A model generated the notes under the pieces. It was not told where the DNA came from. It saw only the letters and a list, made by a program, of their open reading frames with translations, and did not search any database. The position numbers and the translations under genes were made by a program. Source: Podarcis muralis (taxonomy: Eukaryota). Taken from it: DNA of 64,000 nt. Position 1 is the first letter of the stretch. Each line of letters starts with the position of its first letter. This document shows positions 57,462 through 64,000 of the stretch, in pieces. The stretch lies in the NCBI RefSeq assembly GCF_964188315.1, contig NC_135667.1:24862001-24926000 (forward strand), written 5' to 3'.

Positions 57462-58448
57462 CTACAGAGAGAAGTGTAACCGTTTCAGTATAAGTCTGGA
57501 AAAGATATTAATAGAAGAGTGCTTCACACCCAAGAGCTTTGATACAACATTTTTAATCTCCTTATTTCTCATGCTGTAAATTATTGGATTGAACATGGGT
57601 GGTACAATGGTATACATCACAGTTATTGCAAAGTCGCCATTAGATGGAATTTTTGAGGGAGGCCTAAGGTAAGCAAAACATCCTGTGAAACAAAATAAGG
57701 AGAAGACAACCAGGTGTGGTATGCAAGTGGAGAAGGCCTTTTTCCTTCCCTCAACAGAAGGAACTTTCAGAACCACAGTAAATATGTGTACATAAGTGAC
57801 AACAATGAAGACAAAACATCCAGACGTAAGTATTACACTCACTACTGTAGCTCCAATTTCCATTAGGTATATGTTAGAGCAGGCAAGTGTAAGTAACTCT
57901 GGGACCTCACAGAAGAACTGATTGACAATGTTTGAGCAGAAAGGAGTCACAAAAGTTGCACTAGTGTGCATGGCTGCATTGAGAAAGCCAGAGACCCACA
58001 CACCAGCAACCATTTGTTTGCAGGCTGCCCTGTTCATCACCATTTCATATTGTAATGGATGGCAAATGGCAACATAGCGATCGTATGCCATGACTGTAAG
58101 AAGGGAAACATCAGATGTTACAAAGAAAACAAAGAAAAGAACTTGAGCAATGCATCCAGTGTAAGAAATGTGTCTGGTATTCATGAGAGAATTGGCCATC
58201 GATTTAGGGATAGTGACAGAAACAGCCCCTAGGTCCTGTATGGCCAAGTTCACCAGAAAGAAGTACATGGGAGTGTGAAGATGGTGGTCAAAAGCTATGG
58301 CAGAGATGATGAGAAGATTCCCAGATACAATTACCATGTACAATACCAGGAACAGAGAGAAGTGTAGAATCTGCAGTTCCCGTACAGCTGAAAACTCCAG
58401 GAGTAGAAATTCAGAGATAGAGGATTCATTGCCTATCTTTGCATTCAT
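57462..58448 (-). CDS. Olfactory receptor OR8 (A-like, mosaic), intact, 328 aa
   Basis: Full OR motifs; ATG MNAKIGNESS. Confidence 0.96.
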   Translation of the reverse strand: MNAKIGNESSISEFLLLEFSAVRELQILHFSLFLVLYMVIVSGNLLIISAIAFDHHLHTPMYFFLVNLAIQDLGAVSVTIPKSMANSLMNTRHISYTGCIAQVLFFVFFVTSDVSLLTVMAYDRYVAICHPLQYEMVMNRAACKQMVAGVWVSGFLNAAMHTSATFVTPFCSNIVNQFFCEVPELLTLACSNIYLMEIGATVVSVILTSGCFVFIVVTYVHIFTVVLKVPSVEGRKKAFSTCIPHLVVFSLFCFTGCFAYLRPPSKIPSNGDFAITVMYTIVPPMFNPIIYSMRNKEIKNVVSKLLGVKHSSINIFSRLILKRLHFSL

Positions 58449-58674
58449 TACTAAAGTGACTGGTTCTTCTAGAAGAAATCAGGAAGATAAGCACAGGTTT
58501 AAGTCCTCTTCTAATAATCAATATTTGTTATCCAATATTGCTTCAGATATGATTTTTGTGGGATATAGATTTTTTAAAAAGTAGTGAACAAAATAGTGTA
58601 ATAATAAATCTTCATCTAAAGGAGATGTTAGCTTTCAACTCCATATATGTTAAAATAAATTACTCCTAAGTAGT

Positions 58675-59211
58675 CTTTATGTATGCTACTAAAACGGCAA
58701 GAAAGTTATTTGCCCAAAAATTGAAAGAAAAAGAAGAATCGAAAAAAGAAGAATGGATACAAAAACTTATGCACTATACAGAAGTGGCAAAATGTACTGG
58801 AAAAACAAGAAATCAAGCTAACAAACATTTTCTTAAAGAATGGACTGAGGTAGGCGGAGACCTCCAGGTATCCCACCTGGGGGGAGGCGAAGCCAAGCCT
58901 GTGGTAATGGTGCCACATAGGGTCCAGGGGGCTGCACATGACTACGCAAAGGGCGCCCCCCATTTAATGTGGGGAGCGGTCATTATTGAATATTTATGAA
59001 CAAATTGTTGTACTAAGCTGCAGTTTCATAAGAGTATATAATTAAAGTAGATGAATGAAAGAATCCATTAAGATAATTTAGAATATGCTGGAAATGAAAA
59101 TAAAAATAAAAAATAAGGAACCACGGAATGTGTCGAGTTTTGAAATGATAAAATAATTGTAAAACTATTGAAATGTATATAACTGACAACCATAAATAAA
59201 AATAAATAAAC
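58675..59211 (+). mobile_element. L1-like 3' fragment with an internal ~140 bp foreign insert
   Basis: YATKTARKLFAQK...EEWIQKLMHY...KEW resembles squamate L1 ORF2 C-termini; A-rich tail AAATAAATAAA. Confidence 0.6.
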
Positions 59212-61368
59212 TGGAGCTGTTTCAAAACTAGTAGATGGTGCTGCTCACAAACTGGATCATCTTAAAGGATGGTCCTGGTTGCAGGGAGTCCCACAACACA
59301 GTTCCCCCACCCCTGGTATGGGGGGAGTGATGCCCTTTACGCCAGAGTGGCATCACGATCACCCCAGGCCTCTTTTGGCCAATTGCGATTGAGTGGGGTG
59401 GATGCTGCCACTTCTGTAGTTCTATGTCCATCTTTGGCATATTTTCTGTCTATGTGGAAGTCTGCAGAAACAACGTGGAGAGGGGAGATGCCTCTTGCCA
59501 TCATCTCCATATTTACAACACACATTTTGATAATTACTTAGAATTACAGTAATACTTAAATATAGGAGGATGATTAGGTGCCCATATAATGGAGACTAAA
59601 ATTTGTGGGTTTTGTGTTAATTTCCAGTGCAATGCCCATCACAACTTGAGTGTACAATACCTTAACAGCTTGTTTCCTAACATCCCTGTTTGATCAGTGA
59701 GGTCTTTGACTGAATCACTGGTAGTGGTTCCACATGGCTCAGACACAGAGCACATACTTCCCAGGAGGCATGTATTCAGTATTCTGGGCTCAATGCTTTG
59801 CAACTCCTTCCTAGTTGAGACCACAGAGGTTTCAAGTGTTGTAATGTTTGTTGTATGTTTTTAATCTTGATGTGCACTGTGGACAGACCACAGTCTTATA
59901 AATGTACAAATGTATAGACTCTTGGAGAGAAGCTTCCAGCTGCTTTGCTGCTCCCCAGATCTTTTTGTTGCCACAAAATGACAAGACAAGACAAGACAAG
60001 CAAAGTGCTAAAACTCTCTCCTAACTCACTAGGAGCTGCAGTGAAGGTTTGTTCTTGGTTGCAGCTCATGGTTGGTGAGGAGAGAGGCTAACCACTAGTC
60101 CTGCTTTGGATGGTGTGCAAGTCAAAATATGGAGTAGCCTAAGATGACAGCAAAAAGGAGCACGGAGGAGCAAAGCTCCTGTAATCTTCTTTCCAGGACA
60201 TTGCACATTTGTGAAGTCTCACTAAGTTAAGATTTGGCTTAGGTTATCATGGAAACCAGGTCACTGGGTTTTCTATGTGCAGTCTATATAGGTTTCAGGA
60301 GAGACCACATAACAAGCAGGATTTCACATTCTACGCAATACACAATAGTTGGTTTAACCCTCCAAAAACTACACAGGTACCACTAAAGTTATGAAAATAG
60401 AAACATCTCACTCTTTTCCTTTAAATAAATTTTCCAGATGAAATTTCTTTATCACTTTAAGATGTTTTGTATTCTTCTAGCCACCCATGGATTTTTCTTC
60501 TTCTTTTAATCTCTTCCTCCTTTTTTTCTGAGGCAGTGAAAATGTTTCTATACTCTTGCAGAATGAAGAGTTTACCATGGGAATTTATTACTATTGTTAC
60601 AGTTATGTTCCTAGGAGTTTGGTCTCAAGAGCCTCAATCAAATCAGCAATTGTGTTCCTTGTTGGTTGGACTCAGGAGCCCCACAAAAAGCAGCAGCAGT
60701 GTTTGTTAAGCCTTGGTCCCAGGAGTCCAACACAAATCCATCAGAGTATATAAACTTCCATCTTAAACATTGCTCATGAAAATTTTAAAGCAAGAATAAA
60801 CCACAGACACTTAGATTTATTTATGTTCCTGTTTCTAAAAAAAACCACCATATTATTTAATACTAATAATAGTGATGATGTTAATGCCATATAAGTCTTT
60901 CTGGAACCTTCTTGTTTCAACTGGACCTTCTCAGACTCATTTCTGATAGTTGTGAGAGGTCTAACTAACTCAGTGTTCCCCATGTACAATAATTTCCCCT
61001 TACCCATTGTGTTCTCCCATTTAGGATATCTGAAGGAGATGCTGTTTATTGCATTTTACTATATGTTCATCTGAGGTCTGTATTTTATACTGTCTGAGAG
61101 CTACTTCTTCATTAGCAACATCCCTATGTGTCCCTGAGATACCATCACACATTCAACTCTCACCTTTGGTTGCAGAGGAGTCTGTGCTCATAACCCTGTT
61201 TCATAATATCACCTTTGTCTCAGTATCTTATGTATCTGGGACTGGACACCTTGTGTTAAATCACAGTTAAGGTGTTAACACACATGGTATTCTGGTCCTG
61301 AGTTTTCTATGAAACAAGAGCTCATCAAGGGAGCTTCCCTGCTCTAAGGATGTGGCCCTGTAATTGTG

Positions 61369-61843
61369 TGTCAAGGCCCCTAAGGCATCCCCAAGAGAAA
61401 TAAAGACACAAGGACACAGCATTTTAGGTTAATGTTAGTTTAGGCCACAACTTTATTTGTTACAGAATGTGAGCGGTATTGGCTTAGGCATTGGCAAGAA
61501 CAGACTACACTCCTGCCTGCCTTGCAGGAAGTCTGTAAGAGTAAACCACCAGCAGGGGGAGCCCTGCTGATGCGGATCAACTTGAGCATCCCCTGGATTC
61601 CTGAAGGGATCTTGGCATGGCCCTAGCCCCTCCACAGGCTTTGGATGAGATGCATATCCCCAAATTCCTTTAACGGAATACCCTTAAGCATGGAGGGGCA
61701 GGTGATGGCTGCACCTTCACTCCCCCACACAATACTATTCCAGTGCCTAAGCACCACACGAGCCCAAAGCTCACCACCAATACCCTCACAACTGCAGCCC
61801 ATCTCTTATGCCTTTGATAATATCGGCCAACCAAACATTAATT
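61369..61843 (-). mobile_element. Solo LTR (family related to 62341-62840)
   Basis: Minus-strand AATAAAGTTGTGGCC; candidate TSD TTGTG; ends uncertain by a few bases. Confidence 0.55.
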
Positions 61844-62340
61844 TTGTGATGCCAAATAAGGATCTGTTTTGAGTCCAAGGTCTGTCCATCCGTCTGCCCC
61901 CCCCCCCCAATACTGTATAATCTTTACTTCACTTTCTGCCTGTCCACTAGAGTGGGACTTTTTGAGACTAGAAGTAACATGAAAAAATTTCTTAAGTACC
62001 TGTGATGCAAAATTACGGCCCATGCCTGGGGGAGAAATAGCTCTCAAGTGTGACTATTTCAGGATTCTTTTGATTGAGTTAGCACAATGGTTATTTCTCC
62101 AAGCACATTAAAACTTAACTGGATTCCCTGTAAAAATACTTCAGCTAGAACAAATCATAGACACTTAGCTTGGAAAATATGTGAAGATATTTACTCATAG
62201 AATTTCAAACCTTACAGCAAGCAAGTCTCTATCCATTGGCAGTACAAAAATTAAAGAAGTAAATGTGATCTCAAAAAGTGACTCGAAAAGAAAAGAGCTT
62301 CATTTTCTTGCAAAAAGGAACATGCAATCTTTTGGTTGCA

Positions 62341-62840
62341 TGTTAAGATCCCCAGGAGCTTCCCAATAATAAAGACACAATTGACAAGGAATTTAGCTTT
62401 AGGTTATTGGCAAATTTTTGGCCACAATTTTATTGATTACAGATAGTGAGTGGTTTGTTTAGGCGTTGGTTCCTGACTAGCTGCACCTGACCTCAGCAGG
62501 ACAAGACTGACGACTTGGCCCCACCATATCGTCAGTACAGGTAAACACCATGGGGGAGCATTGTTATGGTCATGTGACTCAAGTTCCCCAAAATGCTCCC
62601 AGGGACTCTTGCGTGGTCCTACCCCCCCCCAAAGGTGTCGACAAAAGCATTAGGAGTCCATGGATTCCTTTAACGGAATACCTGTTGCGCATTGGAGGGG
62701 CCAGGTTATCTGACCTCCCCTCCAGACCACCTTGAACCAATGCCTAACCGCCACAAAAGCACCTGCGCTCACCGCCAAAAATTACTCACACCTGCAACCA
62801 AACCTTTAACCCCGCTGACACTTTAGTCAGCCAAACATCA
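62341..62840 (-). mobile_element. Solo LTR, 500 bp
   Basis: TG...CA ends, 5-bp TSD TTGCA (62336-62340, 62841-62845), AATAAAATTGTGGCC on the minus strand. Confidence 0.75.
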
Positions 62841-62845
62841 TTGCA

Positions 62846-63300
62846 TGGACAGGCGGAGTCCCCCAAACCCTGGGTGGCCCCCTTGTGGAATAACGACTCA
62901 AGACAACGTGCTATGGGATTAAAATTGGCCACAACTTAATTATGTTTCAGTTATGGGTAGACCTTGGCTTAGGCATTGGGCATTTATCCCTCCCAGTCCC
63001 CTGCCGGGGATATGGGAAACATCAGGGTTGGGGGGGGGGGAGAGATGGGCTGGCTCTGGAGAACATAGGTTCAATCAGAGAGAGCCCGCCCCTGTTAAGC
63101 TGCCATCGCAGGGGAGAGCAATGGCAACCTCTAGGCATACGGCCAAAGCCTCCCCCCAAACAACCACTTTAACGGGGAACCCTGGGATCGCCGCCGCAAA
63201 GAGGAGGGGGCGTGGGTCACCGCTGCACCCCCCCATTTAGGGAAGATAGATTAAAGGATTCCGCCCAAGGCCTGATACCGCCAAGGTTGTGATGTTTTGC
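62846..63300 (-). mobile_element. Third related LTR-like segment
   Basis: Shares TTGGCCACAAC and TTGGCTTAGGCATTGG blocks with 61369-61843; boundaries approximate. Confidence 0.4.
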
Positions 63301-63559
63301 TACAGGAAAGGCAAACATGCCAATGCAGGAGAATTCTTTCCAGCCCTCAACAGCAACCTTGACGTTGCAGTGCCCGCGTACCTGTGGAGAAAAGGTTAAC
63401 CTGCAGAAGAAGTCTTAACTGAGGATGGGTAGGGTGGGAGAAGCTCTGGAGCCAACTGACGATTCCCAGGTAAGATCCTCCCCCTATTGTGTGGGCAGGT
63501 AGTCCCTCTCCCTACCTGGTCTGATCACCTTGGCAACGCCTCCCCAGGCAGGATTGGGC

Positions 63560-64000
63560 AACTGGCTGAGGTAGGTGGAGACCTCCAGGTATCCCACCTG
63601 GAAAAGGCGAAGCCAAGCCTGTGCTAATGGTGCCGCATAGGGTCCAGGGGGTTGTGCACGACCACGCAAAGGGTGCCTCCCATTTAATGAGGTGAGTGGT
63701 CATTTCCAGAATCAGAAAGATGTACTCCATCTGACCTGTACAAAACCCCATCTTTGAAGGAAATGCCTGCATGGTGGATAACCGCACCTCCCAAGGCTAG
63801 GACCTTCTTGGCCGCTGCACCATCCATGCACTTTCTTGCCTTCTCGGTGGCAGCTGGGCAGTGGCTGCCGTGTCACACATGTCGCTGAAGCAATTGCAAC
63901 CAAAATATTTTGAGTTCAGGGAGAGCTGCCATCAACTCATCCAAGTCCTCTTGCACGCTGGAACGCAAACTTATGCTGAGGGAAGACGGCAAACCTTTTT
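63560..64000 (-). mobile_element. Degenerate SGNH-hydrolase-coding retroelement fragment (probably Ngaro/DIRS), runs off the window
   Basis: Minus frame from 63998: LPELKIFWLQLLQRHV*HG...GGAVIHH...LYRSDGVHLSDSGND. Confidence 0.55.

Noticed and set aside
58679-58999. 106-aa ORF as a novel fusion gene
   Set aside because: Decayed L1 tail plus a chance in-frame insert; no promoter or conservation evidence.

Overview
Eukaryotic (vertebrate, squamate reptile) genomic DNA. Sauria-type SINE, BovB/RTE and CR1 elements point to a lizard or snake. The window is a tandem array of eight family-14-like olfactory receptor (OR) loci, all on the minus strand: seven intact, and one (48221-49198) with a single nonsense codon. 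The array has two levels: an old ~6-7 kb one-gene monomer, then an A+B two-gene unit of ~13.4 kb. The middle unit looks like an unequal-crossover product with its breakpoint just 5' of OR5. Every OR has a conserved triple Olf1/EBF-like motif block upstream. Retroelements fill the spacers: (1) a very young, full-length 6.6 kb Tf1/sushi-type Gypsy chromovirus with self-priming complementarity, a PEG10-like -1 frameshift pseudoknot and a pol frame running 212 codons into its own LTR; (2) a full-length CR1 with intact ORF2 and a UUUAAAC slippery site at the ORF1/ORF2 junction; (3) a 5'-inverted LINE of uncertain clade whose ORF1 has a duplicated 92-aa domain and whose ORF2 follows a single in-frame UGA; (4) a short ORF-bearing poly(A) element in two copies; (5) BovB fragments, several solo LTRs and a probable Ngaro/DIRS remnant. 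No rRNA, tRNA or CRISPR array is supported. The ORF track uses GTG/TTG starts, so many listed starts are not the real ones. All family assignments come from motif recognition, not database searches.
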